Shown here: piece after piece, positions 39,370 through 52,594 of the stretch
How the letters are laid out: each line of letters begins with the position of its first letter
How positions within the stretch are numbered: the stretch's first letter is position 1
Source of the DNA: Octopus vulgaris
Lineage: Eukaryota
Reading direction: 5' to 3'
Assembly (NCBI GenBank): GCA_951406725.2
Contig: OX597821.1
Location: 15,438,001 to 15,502,000, forward strand
DNA length: 64,000 bases
Translations under genes and position numbers: made by a program
The notes under the pieces: generated by a model
Database searches by the model: none
What the model was told of the DNA's origin: nothing
What the model saw: the letters and a program-made list of their open reading frames with translations, nothing else

Positions 39370-40960
39370 CCTCGCCATCAAATGCCATTATTTCAAGAGA
39401 TCCATTGTAACCGAACGGTCTCTCTCACATAATATCCAAAGATTTCACATTGAACTGATCAAAATTTTGTCATATTAGTTAAGATTAATCAGCTGATACG
39501 ACTAACAACAATATTTTCTGTCGTTTTCTTTTAATATTAAACTCGCTCCATGGCCTGTATCTAATTGTTGATTTTCTCACATGTAGTGAGTTTCCCGCCC
39601 GTTTCTGTCTATTACTGAATATACAAAAATTTTCAAGATGATAAATTTAACTTACCAATATCTTTAGATGCTCCAGGGAATTATTTTTTCAGGAATTGCA
39701 TCGTATTTTGCTGTTGCAAGGTTATTGAATTAATTTATGCAATTTAAGCCAATCCATTTGAAGAGGCTGTCCCACAACCTTATAAGCAACGGTCAGTCAC
39801 TAAACACCCAGTGAATACGACCAATGAATTCTATTTCAAGTGTGACAATACACGCACCAAGAAAATGAAGCTAAGCTACAGGAAAAGACATTGGCTTCAC
39901 ATGTTTTGCTAAATATTTCAAGTTTTAATCCTCTGAATGCTTTAAATACCAATGTATTAATTAAATTTCATGTTGCTTCACAATCAATAGTGAGCATTAT
40001 TGTTTTTCCATAATTTCTCATTGACCTTAGTCTAAATCCATCGTGACTGTTTGATAGTACACTTCCTTGTAACTGAATGCTATTGCTCCTCACACGTTGG
40101 CGAAGACAGAACTGCTGCGTAAATTACGAAAGTGCGGTTTCCTTCGTTTGCATTCACTTACAACTTGCCCCATTTATTTTTGATAAACGATGCTTTTGTC
40201 CTTTGTTGGACGCATAGCATGAAGACAGTATGATATTTGAAACTATCTTCCTTTTACATCTAACATTCGTACGATATTTACTAATTATATTGATAGTATT
40301 TTTTATCACAAATATCATAAACAATATGTTTTCTTTCATGCTATTACTCACAGCTCAATTAGATGATGTGTCTGCAAAAATGCTATCAATTTATTAATTG
40401 TAGTGACCACATCAATTTCGTTCTCGTAGTACTATTTGCCATTTCACTGAATTGATCCCCGATAGCACGCTAGTATTATATCAAAACCGCATTTATAAAT
40501 TATACTTTGTATTTACTTTTACTTGGGTAATATATTACAAAATGCGAACTATTTATATTGGGATTAGATAAATATCAAACTGTTTCTGTCATTAATGCAT
40601 TGTTATGTGTGCCGAAATAGGGCAATAACAAGTCATTTCTTAGCTTTTTATATATGATGAAGTTCACAAAGTTCTTCCCTCTAAATATATAATAGAATCA
40701 ATCTTTCCAATGTTGTAGCTCTGTTGCAACCACTTCATCATATTGTAGTTTGCGAAAATGTAATGCTGAGTGTTGCATCTGGTGGATTATAATTGGACAC
40801 CATTGCAACATATTCCTGGTTCACTCTGATAATGAATATACTGACACCGAGAAGAGTTTATTCAAAACAAATCCTTAGACAGAAGATGCGTTTTGATTCT
40901 GGAAGCTGTCTTCAACTCCATAGCCTTACAACAAACGAAATAGTTACCAAATGAAACATC
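39370..40960 (-). pseudogene. Possible ancient Helitron RepHel N-terminal fossil
   Basis: Three short colinear minus-strand motifs: EPGICCNG, KYDAI and ETVRLQWIS*NN. Many stops and frameshifts. Confidence 0.3.
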
Positions 40961-41001
40961 ACCGGTCACCTAGTACCAGTCACCTGACAATGGGTTGATA
41001 T

Positions 41002-41325
41002 GGGATGGAAGCACTCCGTCGGTTACGACGACGAGGGTTCCAGTTGATCCAAATCAACGGAACAGCCTGCTCATGAAATTAACGTGTAAGTGGCTGAGCA
41101 CTCCACAGACACGCACACCCTTAATGTAGTTCTCGGGGATATTCAGCGTGACACCGAGAGTGACAAGGCCGGTCCTTTGAAATACAGGTACAACAGAAAC
41201 AGGGAGTAAGAGTGAGAGAAAGTTGTGGTGAAAGAGTACAGCAGGGATCACCACCATCCCCTGCCGGATCCTCGTGGAGCTTTAGGTGTTTTCGCTCAAT
41301 AAACATTCACAACGCCCGGTCTGGG
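41002..41325 (-). mobile_element. SINE family B, 5'-truncated
   Basis: 13-bp TSD AATGGGTTGATAT at 40989-41001 and 41326-41338. Confidence 0.92.
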
Positions 41326-43186
41326 AATGGGTTGATATAGTAAGCACGTAAATCGTGAAGCATGCATCGCTAGACTGTGAAAGCAATACTATGCTTTTTA
41401 TATCAGTATAGTAGTAGTACATTTGATGTTTAAACTGCATACATAGTATACATTTAGAATAATTTTTATATAAAAATACTTGTTTCTGATCGTCAAACTG
41501 TATTGATATGATTTTCATTATTCTACCTCATCGGGTTGAGTGTGTCTTTCAAACTTACAAATTTACCCCCAGAGCAATTCCATGAATGCTTCACCTCCTT
41601 TGAGGCAGTGCTATAGTCACTGTTTATCATATCTACTCAGGTTAGTCAGAGATATTTACATAATTCAAATTCTGGAGTTTACAGAGCCTTGGCAAACAAT
41701 GATACAAGCATTTTATCTTAAGGTTTGAGAATTTTCTTTCTGTCAGCCTGAATTGGTGTACAACGTAAATATAACAATTTTAATGAGTCTATAAATGATT
41801 CTATCTTATTAGACATATTCAATTCTTTTCTTGAAAATGCGCCCGATCTATTTATATATTTCTATATGAAAAATACACATTTCAGGAAAACCCTTTAGTA
41901 GTATAATATGTGTCGGATTGTAAGATATGTCAAGATTGTAAGGTTGGCTGATCGAGTGTTGATGATAAGAGCTGTTGTATTTATCTCAGAACATCTGCGT
42001 TACGATATATAAATTATGTACATATCGCAATTTTGTTAACAAGAAATTAAGCAAGATAATATTGGCAGAAACTGCAACTCACTACTGCAATCATACACAC
42101 CCACACACACGCGCGCGGGCGCGCACGCACGCACGCACAGCAACACAATAAATACAAGCATAATTAACTAATTCTGTATATAAACTTAATCCTCAAGACT
42201 GTTGACTGAATGCAAACTCAATTGTGAAGCAAAATAATTAACTATTACAATGGAATTTCCTTCTATTTTAAATCTATTTTCTAAGAAAAAGGTAAAAAAA
42301 ATATATCTCCATAAAAATAACAGGAAATAGAAACAAGAAGAAACTATCAGTATCTTGAATTATGTTCAACGCATTTCCATTTAAATGTATTAAACATTTC
42401 TACATAATTAATAAAGGATATATTTTGAATTTCTGTATTTAAAATCATCTCGAATTTTACTCTACATTTTTCGTTTTCTCTCTTTCTTTTTCTCCTTTGT
42501 AATAATGGAATATGCACTGTAATAAATATTTGAATTATCTATGAGGAAACATACGACTCAAACACGCACACAAACAAACACACACAAACACACATTTATA
42601 TATTCGTATAAGATTATAAATAATAAACCGAAGTCCGTTAATTTCGACGTCAGTTTTTCAGTTGATTTATCAAACAAACAGCTTTTTCACTAATATTTAG
42701 AACGAGAGATTATTGCACAGACACATTTACCAGTAAATAGATTCTAATGCATGAAAAAAACATACTAGGCGCACCAAGTTTGGCCTTCGGATTGCCAGTT
42801 CAATTCCGAATATGGGCTTCTACAATATCATTTTATCGTTACCCTCACAAGAATTCAGTAGAGCAGTCGTCATGGTCAGCGTCACTTACCGAAAATACTG
42901 AGCAGGTGGTGGGGATTAGACTCACGAACGCATGTCTACAAGTCTAACTTCTTATCAACTCTGACACACACACACAAACATATTTTGATGAAATTAGGAA
43001 TATAATACATGATACATCCTCTCTCTGATTCCCATTTAATCTTTAAAATAGAAATCTCTTAAAATTTGAGTAAAGATCGAGGAAGCCTTTTTTTTGTATA
43101 TGTATATATATGTATATGTTTGTGTGTGTGTGTGTTTGTGTGTGTGTATGCATGTACGTATGTACGTATGCACACTTATATGTAAG

Positions 43187-43237
<51 letters not shown>

Positions 43238-43966
43238 CTGTGTATCTATGTGTCTACGTGTGTTTGCGCGTGTACAGGTGTGCGCGCGTTTTTAACAATG
43301 GATTCTTGTTATCCTCTTTGATATTGAAAAAAAATGTTAAAAAACTACGCAACTTCTCTATTCACAGGCTGAAACCTGTTGATTAGAAACATGATTTTTC
43401 CATTCGATATAACATTTTTAAAAGGATAAATTAATATTCACATTTCTTTGTCATTAACCGCAAAATCCTTTCTATATAACTAATGATGGAATCAAATCTA
43501 TAATTAGCAAAGCCAGAAGTATTGAATCAAAGAGTTTGTTAAATCGTACTTCGAAAATTCTGCTACTAAAGATGACGTACAATTTCATAATTGCTAAACA
43601 AAAGCTATACGTGTTGTGTCAATTTTTTCAAAAGGTTTCTCTTCATTTCTTCTGTGTCCATGGGCTCCAGCCAGCCCTACCCACACCATTGAGTGGATAT
43701 ATGCACACATACACGCACACACATATGTATACTTACCCTCTCCATCTCTCTCCCGTTTCACTCTCTATTTCTCTCACTCACAAACGCATATATTTATAAA
43801 TATGTATCTATACCTATGTTTACATGCATGTATATAAATACCTACATATATATGGACTTGAGTTTAAAAGATTCCTTCCTAAGCGTCTACAATGTTTTAC
43901 GATGGCCTCGAGCCGACCAAATTCAAGCGTTGTCAGTGGTTTTGGCAGAGGGAAATCTAAAGAAGC

Positions 43967-44002
<36 letters not shown>

Positions 44003-44005
<3 letters not shown>

Positions 44006-44413
44006 TCTTTTACTATTTTACTTGTTTCAGTCATTTGACTGCGGCCATGCTGGAGCACCGCCTTTAGTTGAGCAACTCGATCCCGGGACTTATTCTTTGT
44101 AAGCCCAGTACTTATTCTATCGGTCTCTTTTGCCGAACCGCTATGTGACGTGGACGTAAGCACAGCAACATCGGTTGTCAAGCAATGCTAGGGGGACAAA
44201 CAAAGACACACAAACATATATACACACACATATATATATATACATATATACGACAGGCTTCTTTCAGTTTCCGTCTACCAAATCCACTCACAAGGTATTG
44301 GTCGGCCCGGGGCTATAGCAGAAGACACTTACCCAAGATGCCACGCAGTGGGACTGAACCCGGAACCATGTGGTTGGTTAGCAAGCTACTTACCACACAG
44401 CCACTCCTGCGCC
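44003..44413 (-). mobile_element. SINE family A, full length
   Basis: Near-identical to 141-543. Confidence 0.93.
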
Positions 44414-44937
44414 TATATATCTGTTTTTAAAAAATTTTCACGTTAAAATACATATATATTTAACAATACATACACATACCAAACAATATATAATATACAT
44501 ATATACACCAAACATTCTGACGTAGGTACATGGCTACATACATATAGAGACATATATAGGCAAAACATAAATATATACAAATGCATATATATGCATGCTG
44601 CCACACACACACACACACAGACACGCGCGCGCGCACAAAATCTCTTGGTATGTACTTATACAACTTAGTTGTAACAGGCAAAAGTAAGAAAAGGAAAAAA
44701 AAACAACAGCGAATAACAAGTGAGTGGGGAGAAAGAAAAGGGGGGGAGAAGAATAACAAATGAAAGAAAAAGAAACAGAAAATTAGAGAGGGAAAGGGAA
44801 AAATAGATAGATGTATAGAGAGTGAAATGATTGGCGTTCCTATAAGTATACAAATATACAAATAAATATGTGCGCAAATATATGCCCCCCCCCACATATA
44901 TATGTATACATATACATCATAACGTATATACACAAGC

Positions 44938-45081
<144 letters not shown>

Positions 45082-45163
45082 ATATATACGCAGATGTTGT
45101 GCGTGCCACAAACCACCAACATGATGTTGTCGAAAGGGCAGCTGCTGAGCAACAATCTTTTTT

Positions 45164-46690
45164 GTGCATGGCACAAAAGATTGTACAGCAGCTGACCTGG
45201 CTTCATCAAACCCAAGCCCGCAGGTGGGACTACCCACTATATACCAGACCACCACAACAGCAAACAGACCCAGGATGGACACCACCGGTAACAACGTACG
45301 CCTCACCTCGATGCTCCTACTGAACATCAGAGGACTGCAAACACTCAGTAACAGGACAAAAATCCCGTTCCTGAGAGATTTTGTTGCATGCAATCAAGTC
45401 TTATGCATAGCACTAACGGAAACGCACCTGAAACCGGATATAGCAGATGCGGAGTTACACATACCACAGTATGCTGTACTACGGACCGACAGGAAAGAAA
45501 GGAGTCATGGAGGTGTTGCTATGTACATCCGTGAGGACCTCACACCCCAGGTCCTCTTGTCATACTCAAACTCGGTGTGTGACACACTAATTGTACATAT
45601 TAGGCAACTTGATGTAGTTGTGTGTGCTACATATCGCCCTCCAGATACCCCAAGCCATGTGGGCAAGTTTGAAGACTGCCTTATAAAAATAGAAGAAGTT
45701 CTAACCTCATTAGAACAACACATAAGTGTACTTCTTATGGGAGGCTTCAATCTGCCAAATGTCAGATGGCCCGAGGGCCTTTCTCTCCCAGGAATGACAA
45801 GATGTGAACGAGGACAGGCGAGGTCCCTCCTGAACCTCATCAACACCCTGTACATGGAGCAGGTAATACTCCAACCAACCAGGGCAGGTAACACACTGGA
45901 TCTCTGCTTCACAAATGACATGGGTCTCATCCATAATGTGAAAGTGACACCGACACTACTCTCGGATCACAACATGATAGAGCTGACCATGTACGGGCCA
46001 AAAGAGAGCACGGACATGCAGCCTACAAGAAACCCTCAGAATCTTTCCAGCTTGAACTACCATAAGGCAAACTGGAAACAAATTGAGAAAGAGATCCTCA
46101 AACAAAACTGGCCTAAATGTCTCTCCTCGCCAGACATCGACGTGAAACTTCAACAATTCATGTCTGTAATGCAAGCCATATGCTACAAATGTGTCCCAGA
46201 GAGAAAGGCCACCGTACACAAGAACAAAATTCCCAGAGAGAGGAAAATTCTAATGAGACGGCGTACAAAATTTTCAAATCGCCTAAACAAACAGATTGAA
46301 AGCAGTGAAAAGTCCCGCCTAAAAATAAAACTGTTGGAAATCGAAAAATGTCTGCAACTCTCCCATGAAAAGGAAAGAGCAGACAAAGAAGCCTCGGCTA
46401 TAGACAACATAAAATCTAACCCCAGAGCTTTCTACAGGTATGCCAAAGAAACAGCTACGGTGCACTGTAGAATAGGGCCACTCCTCGAAAAGGATGGCAC
46501 ACTTACAGGAAAACCAATGAGGGTAAGTGAAATACTGAATGAGCAATTCAAGAGTGTTTTCACTCCACCCCTTGGGCATCTCCAAATCACCAATCCAACT
46601 GACTTTTTTACCACTGCAGATATAAAATCAGAGGCGGCGACGATAGATTACATCGATATAGGAAGACGATGTAATCAAGGCTATAGATGA
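45164..46690 (+). pseudogene. LINE ORF2 N-terminal part: apurinic-like endonuclease
   Basis: Motifs NIRGL, IALTETHL, GGVAMYI, YRPP, GGFN (GDFN mutated), PTR..NTLDL and SDH. A frameshift occurs near 46660. Confidence 0.92.
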
Positions 46691-46691
46691 A

Positions 46692-48254
46692 ATGAAAACA
46701 GACTCAGCTACTGGCCCCGATGGATTCCCGGCAATCCTCCTAAAAGCATGTAAGAGAGTCCTAGCAAGACCACTGCAGTTCCTCTTTCAGAGCTTCCTTG
46801 CAGCTGGCAAACTTCCAAGAAAACTGAAGGAAGGTAAAATATGCCCCATTCATAAAGGAGGTAGCAGAGCGGAAGCCAAGAACTATAGACCTATCTCTCT
46901 GACCTCACACATCAGCAAGGTCATGGAACGAATAGTCAGAAGGAAGCTGATCACCTTCCTTGAAGAAAATGACTTGCTGCCCGACACCCAACATGGTTTC
47001 CGACCAGGGAGAAGCTGTTTAACTCAGCTCCTACAACACTATGACTGGGTGCTGAAACGGCTGCTCAACCACTCAAATGTGGAAGTCATATATCTCGACT
47101 TTGCAAAGGCCTTTGATAAAGTCGATCATGGAATGATATGTCACAAACTGCGTGATCTCAACATAGTTGGAAAACTGGGAGAATGGCTTCATGACTTTCT
47201 GAAAGATAGAAGTCAGGTGGTAGTGGCCATTTACACGCAAATAGTGAGCGGTGTTCCACAGGGCACTGTTCTGGGACCACTACTGTTCATAATGGCCCTC
47301 TCAATCATGCCCTCAGCCACGCAGAGAGCCACGATCACAAGTTATGCAGATGATACAAAAGATTCACAGGCAATACAGAACCCTGAGGACACCAAACACC
47401 TGCAATGTGAGCTAGACAAAATATACAAGTGGGCCGAAAAGAATAGCATGCAGTTCAATGCTGAAAAGTTTCAAGCTCTATACTATCAGCATGCAAAACT
47501 AAATGCAATACCCAATGAATACACTGGACCCGGAGGAATAGCAATCCCAGAGGCACAATCAGTGCGTGACCTAGGTATTTACATGAGTGATGACGCGACC
47601 TTTCATGTACATGTTGCTAAATTGGCAATGAAATGTAGACGACTGGCCGGATGGATCCTCAGAACCTTTAGAACAAAAGAACAAGAAACTATGATGGTCC
47701 TCTGGAGGACACTTGTCCTAAGCCACTTTGACTACTGCTCTCAGTTATGGTCACCATCCAGGGTCAAGTTGATCACAGAGCTCGAGGCGATCCAACGTAG
47801 CTACACGAAGAAGATAGCCTCTATGCAGAATGTAAGCTACTGGGAAAGACTCAAGAGATTAAAATTATATTCCCTGGAGCGTAGGCGGGAAAGATATGCC
47901 ATAATATACATCTGGATGATCCTGGAGGGAAGTGTCCTGAACTTTGGCATCGAGAGTTACGCAAATGCCAGAACTGGGCGCCACTGCGTGGTGCCTAGGA
48001 CTCCGAACTTGCCATCAAGATGTAGGACAAGATTCTGTGATAGCCTGGGCTTCCGAGGCCCACAGCTCTTCAATATCCTCCCGAAGAACCTAAGAGACCT
48101 GCATGGGGTGGATACAGATATCTTTAAAATGAAGCTGGATCTCTTCCTGTCAGGTGTCCCAGATGAACCAACTTCACGGCAGGAGGGGCAGATGAGGGCA
48201 GCTGCATCGAACTCTCTCATGCACCAAATAGCAGTTGCTAGAAAGCCTTCATGA
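46692..48254 (+). CDS. LINE ORF2 C-terminal part: reverse transcriptase (frameshifted from the APE part)
   Basis: Motifs GPDG, NYRPISLTS, QHGFR, YLDFAKAFDKV, GVPQGTVLGP, YADD, RDLG and YWERLK.LKLYSLERRRERY. Confidence 0.93.
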   Translation: MKTDSATGPDGFPAILLKACKRVLARPLQFLFQSFLAAGKLPRKLKEGKICPIHKGGSRAEAKNYRPISLTSHISKVMERIVRRKLITFLEENDLLPDTQHGFRPGRSCLTQLLQHYDWVLKRLLNHSNVEVIYLDFAKAFDKVDHGMICHKLRDLNIVGKLGEWLHDFLKDRSQVVVAIYTQIVSGVPQGTVLGPLLFIMALSIMPSATQRATITSYADDTKDSQAIQNPEDTKHLQCELDKIYKWAEKNSMQFNAEKFQALYYQHAKLNAIPNEYTGPGGIAIPEAQSVRDLGIYMSDDATFHVHVAKLAMKCRRLAGWILRTFRTKEQETMMVLWRTLVLSHFDYCSQLWSPSRVKLITELEAIQRSYTKKIASMQNVSYWERLKRLKLYSLERRRERYAIIYIWMILEGSVLNFGIESYANARTGRHCVVPRTPNLPSRCRTRFCDSLGFRGPQLFNILPKNLRDLHGVDTDIFKMKLDLFLSGVPDEPTSRQEGQMRAAASNSLMHQIAVARKPS

Positions 48255-48345
48255 AGTGAAACCAAGTAGCAACACCAAATGGCGGTGCCCCAGCATGGCC
48301 ACAGCTCATAAGCTGAAGCTAGAATCAATCAATCAATCAATCAAT

Positions 48346-48420
<75 letters not shown>

Positions 48421-48452
48421 TTTATTTTAAGCAGCAGAAAATTCAACAAAAT

Positions 48453-48490
48453 CTGTTACTCTGAGTTTCTCGTTGCCGTTCATCAGACAG
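48453..48490 (-). ncRNA. Minimal type I hammerhead motif
   Basis: Exact reverse complement of 48505-48542. Confidence 0.65.
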
Positions 48491-48504
48491 TTTTCTAGCA
48501 AAAA

Positions 48505-48542
48505 CTGTCTGATGAACGGCAACGAGAAACTCAGAGTAACAG
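48505..48542 (+). ncRNA. Minimal type I hammerhead motif
   Basis: CTGT-CTGATGA-A-CG-GCAA-CG-A-GAA-ACT-CAG-AGT-A-ACAG. The CUGAUGA/GAAA core is canonical with a GUA triplet and a predicted cut after 48538, but stem II has only 2 bp. Confidence 0.68.
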
Positions 48543-48644
48543 ATTTTGTTGAATTTTCTGCTGCTTAAAATAAAGCATATTACTCTACCACTGGTATTTG
48601 AGTACTCTTTTTTCCACCTTGTTTCACATTTATGTGTTTACCCC

Positions 48645-48733
<89 letters not shown>

Positions 48734-48844
48734 ATGTGTATATATATATATATATATATATATGGATGTGTATCTATATATATATATATTTATATGTGTG
48801 TGCGTGAGCGTATATGTATGTGTATATATATATATGTGTGTTAG

Positions 48845-49050
48845 TCTTCGCGTCTGTCTTTGTCCCTACCACTGCATGTAAACCAGTGTTGGTTTGTTTA
48901 CGTTCCTTTAATCTAGTGGTTCAGAAAAATGTAATGACAGAATAAGTACCAGTCTTATAAACTAAGTTATGTGACCGATTATTTCGGCTAGATTTCTTCA
49001 ATGTGATGCCTCACAATGGCCGCAGTGTAAAAACTGAATCAAGTAAAAGA
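48845..49050 (+). mobile_element. SINE family A 3' half, degraded
   Basis: AGAATAAGTACCAG..ATGGCCGCAGT..ACTGAATCAAGTAAAAGA. Confidence 0.65.
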
Positions 49051-49063
49051 TGAAAATTAACGC

Positions 49064-49107
<44 letters not shown>

Positions 49108-50196
49108 GTTTGCAAGGCGGTACCCCAATACTGCTGTACATTAAGTACCGAGAAAGATCATCATTGGTCAATAAGGCTATTGTGTACGGAAACATATTTA
49201 TACTTTACACTTGTGGCTACGCTAGTGACTAATGAGTCCAGCTCTTCATAAATGGATACGCCCGCCGATATTTGTCACATACACATATCCGTGCGCGTAC
49301 ATACACATGCGCACAAACATACACACGCCCACAGACACACATACATACAGATGTATGTGCAATCAAGTGTCTTACATTTTAAAAGATTTGTTTTATTTGA
49401 TATCGGAATTTCTGTAAGCATCTAAAACCTTCTCGCACATGACTCTACATATATTTGACTGAAGTTTTCTGCTTAATACTTTCGTTGTGTTTTCATACAA
49501 GTGTTCAAGATGAAAACTCTTGAAAAGATATATCAAAATATACCAAATAATGGTAAGATATGTTTCAAATAGCCTTCGTGGTATTTAGTAAAAATACGTG
49601 TTTAACAAGGAGAACGAAAATGGAACTGGCCAGTCATTTTGATGATGCCTAAGCATATTTATATTTTCAGTTGAAATGGGCTCATTGATATTACTTTCGA
49701 GAATATAATATCAATGATGATAAGATATAAAGTTGAAAACGAATTAACACATCTAGATAATTTAGGTTGCCGATTGGCTTATGAGATGTGGAAACGAAGA
49801 GTTGGAAAATCAGACTTGACATGACTTGAAATTAGTTCCATCATCAATTACTGTTAAATTAAGTTTTGCAATAAATATCAGCGTTTCTGTACTAAGCTGT
49901 CTTTCTATTTCACAGCTTAGTAGGAATAGTATATAGATTTTTTTGTTGCTGGTACGTGTATTTTGAAATTGGTTGTAGAATAAAGAACACTGGAATATGG
50001 GACTTAGCGACTATGATAGAATTTATTATAATTATAGAATAGGTAACACTATTATAGAGACAAATATTTTTAATGATACATTTGTAGTTGTTTTGAAAAG
50101 TAAATGGCAATAGTAGAATGCTTGCAACCTTAATATTTCATTATAAATAAAATAAGATGATGAGAATGAAACAAGAGTAAGGAGTTTGGTAATGTA

Positions 50197-51211
50197 CAGG
50201 GGTTGGACAAAATAACGGAAACACCTAGCATCATAGCATCATAATTTTGAAATATCTATAAAACCGTCAAAAGCTTGTTTATTTTTATGTTTTTTTTAAT
50301 TTATTATTAGTGTAGCTTCATATGTTTTGCTAAAATCGCCGTTTTGTTTTTCAGATATTATCAGAAAATGGTAAATAAATTCATTAAAATGACTGTCAAA
50401 GAGATCAAGTTGTTGCTGCTCGTATGGCAGGCGCTAGCGTAACGAAAACAGCCGAAATGTTTGGTACTGTCTCGAAAGTAATGACGGACTTTGAGAAAGA
50501 GGGAAAAACCTCATCGAAACAAAACTCCGGAAGAAAACCAAAACATTCAGATAGGGACCGTCGGACTCTTACGCATATTGTTAGAAAGGATCACAAAAGT
50601 ACAGATCCAAAAATTACTGCAGAACTTAGCGACCACCTCGAGAACCTAGTTTCCACAAAACCTCTTCGCTGGGAGCTGCACAAATCCGGATTTCACGGGA
50701 GGGCAGCAATCAGAAAACAACTACTTTCAAAAGCAAACGTGTGGAGACAACCAAAAGAAGCATTTGACCCAGACTGCCTCCTTCCAACTGCTAAACATGA
50801 AGGAGGATATGTGATAATCTGGGGGAGGGGTCAATATCTTCGAAATCCAATGATTTCCCTTCATGGCAGAATTAATAGTCAAGATTATTTCAGCATTTTA
50901 TCTCATCAAATTCATCCTATGGTTGCGGAACTGTTTCCGGAGAGAAAGCCAATCTTTCAGGATGAGAATGCACCAATTCACACAGCTAAAGTTGTTCCTG
51001 AATGGCTTGAGGAACATTCTAGTGAAGTTGAACATCTTACGTGGCCACCACAGTCCCCAGATCTCAATATTATTGAACATTTATGGTGCATTTTAGAAAA
51101 GCAAGTGAGGATTCGATATCCTCCACCATTATCACTACAAGTACTGGAGACTGTTTTAAAATAAATTTGTTTGAAATTTTAAGGTGTTTCCATTATTTAG
51201 TCCAACCATTG
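50197..51211 (+). mobile_element. Tc1-family DNA transposon, internally deleted
   Basis: TA|CAGGGGTTGGACAAAATAACGGAAACACC and reverse complement TA|CAATGGTTGGACTAAATAATGGAAACACC; TA TSDs on both sides. Confidence 0.92.
50424..51164 (+). pseudogene. Tc1 transposase, defective
   Basis: SGRKPK motif, HTH region, FQDENAPIHTAK and WPPQSPDLNIIEHLW. The segment carrying the first catalytic Asp (FSDE) is missing between KANV and WRQP. Confidence 0.88.
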
Positions 51212-51825
51212 TAGTTGTGACAAAGATAATTTTTTCTTTTGAATGACACTTATTTTAAAAGTAAATGAATATGTTAAAATCTGAAGTGGTGAGTATAATC
51301 AGCGATACGGATTAATATACAAAAGCTGATGGCTAGAATGATTAGTAATTTTTGGCTACCATGTTCACCACAATAATTGCGTTGTTGTCATCGAGATAGA
51401 AAGGAAATAATTTATCCTTTCATTTTCTCACTTATGTTCCAGACATGACAGTTAAATAAACGAAATATATTTCCTATATTTCCATCAGCTAGTGAAAACA
51501 CAGCAGAGGAAAATTATTGCAAATATTATCGGCACACAGACTGCCTGTTTTTGAGGTAAACCATTGAATAAACATTTAGCGAAATGTAAACATTATCCAG
51601 ACAATCGAGGAATTTGTCTTACTAATCTTTTGGAAGACAGTAAAAACTATATATCTATGTTGATGTGTATCCAGAAGTATTCTTTTATTTTGCTACTGTT
51701 TCATGTAATTTGACAACTATCATGGCGGGGCACTGCCTTCGAGGGTCAGACATTAGCCATTCACATTGGCCTCAGTTTTTACATTAATTCAGTATTTATT
51801 TTCTAGTTTCCCTAATTTATTCTTC

Positions 51826-52266
51826 AACTCTTTTACTCGTGTCAATCGTTTGACTGCGGCCATGCTGGAGCACTTTCATAAAGGGTTGTTTTTAGTCGAC
51901 GAAATCTACACTAGGATTTATTTTTTTGTAAGCCTAGTACTTATTCAATCGGCTTCTTTTTGCCGAACCGTCAAGTTACGAGGAGGTAAACGCACCAACA
52001 ACCGCTATCAAACGATGGTGGTGGTGGTGGTGCTGGGGGTGGTTGACAAACACAAACAAGACCCTCCCCACCCACACACACATATATGTGTGTGTGTGTG
52101 TTTGTGTGTTTTTGTGTGTGAGACGAGCCTCTTTCGGCTTCCGTCTACCAAATTCCCTCACAAGGTTCTGGGTGGGCCGAGACTATAGTAGAAGACACTT
52201 GCCCAAGGACTGAACCCGGAACCATATGGTTGGGAAACAAGATAATTACCATACAGCCACTCCTGT
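51826..52266 (-). mobile_element. SINE family A, diverged
   Basis: TTGACTGCGGCCATGCTGGAGCAC..CCGTCTACCAAAT..ACAGCCACTCCTG. Confidence 0.85.
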
Positions 52267-52594
52267 AGCTTTACACACGAAACTATATTTCATAGAGTTG
52301 TGAACACACACACACACACATATGTGTACGTATGTGTTGTGTGTGTGCGTGCATGTATGTGTGTATATGTGTTTGCATATCAGTGTGAATGTGTGACCGT
52401 GAGTGTAAATGTGTGTGCGTGATTGTAAATGTATGTGTGAAGTTTATACGTATGATGACCAGAATGCATTTGTGCTAGGTGTTGAATAGAATACTCCAAA
52501 TGTCTGAAGATGACAACCATTGCGCCATGTTGTCATGCATGCACTTGTGTGCACGCACTCACATTCACAAATACACATAAACACACACCCATAC

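Larger units (their letters stand above)
45089..48346 (+). mobile_element. Non-LTR retrotransposon (CR1/L2-group LINE), 5'-truncated, inserted in (TA)n
   Basis: APE and RT domains, a short 3' UTR, an (AATC)6 tail at 48323-48346, and (TA)n on both flanks. Confidence 0.95.
48420..48646. mobile_element. Palindromic double-hammerhead element, copy 2 (opposite orientation to copy 1)
   Basis: Perfect 75-bp inverted arms at 48420-48494 and 48501-48575 with loop CTAGCA. The tail is the reverse complement of 30361-30428, and (TA)n lies on both sides. Confidence 0.88.

Noticed and set aside
45505-48328. Antisense and alternative-frame ORFs overlapping the LINE
   Set aside because: Shadow ORFs of LINE ORF2 with no recognisable motifs.
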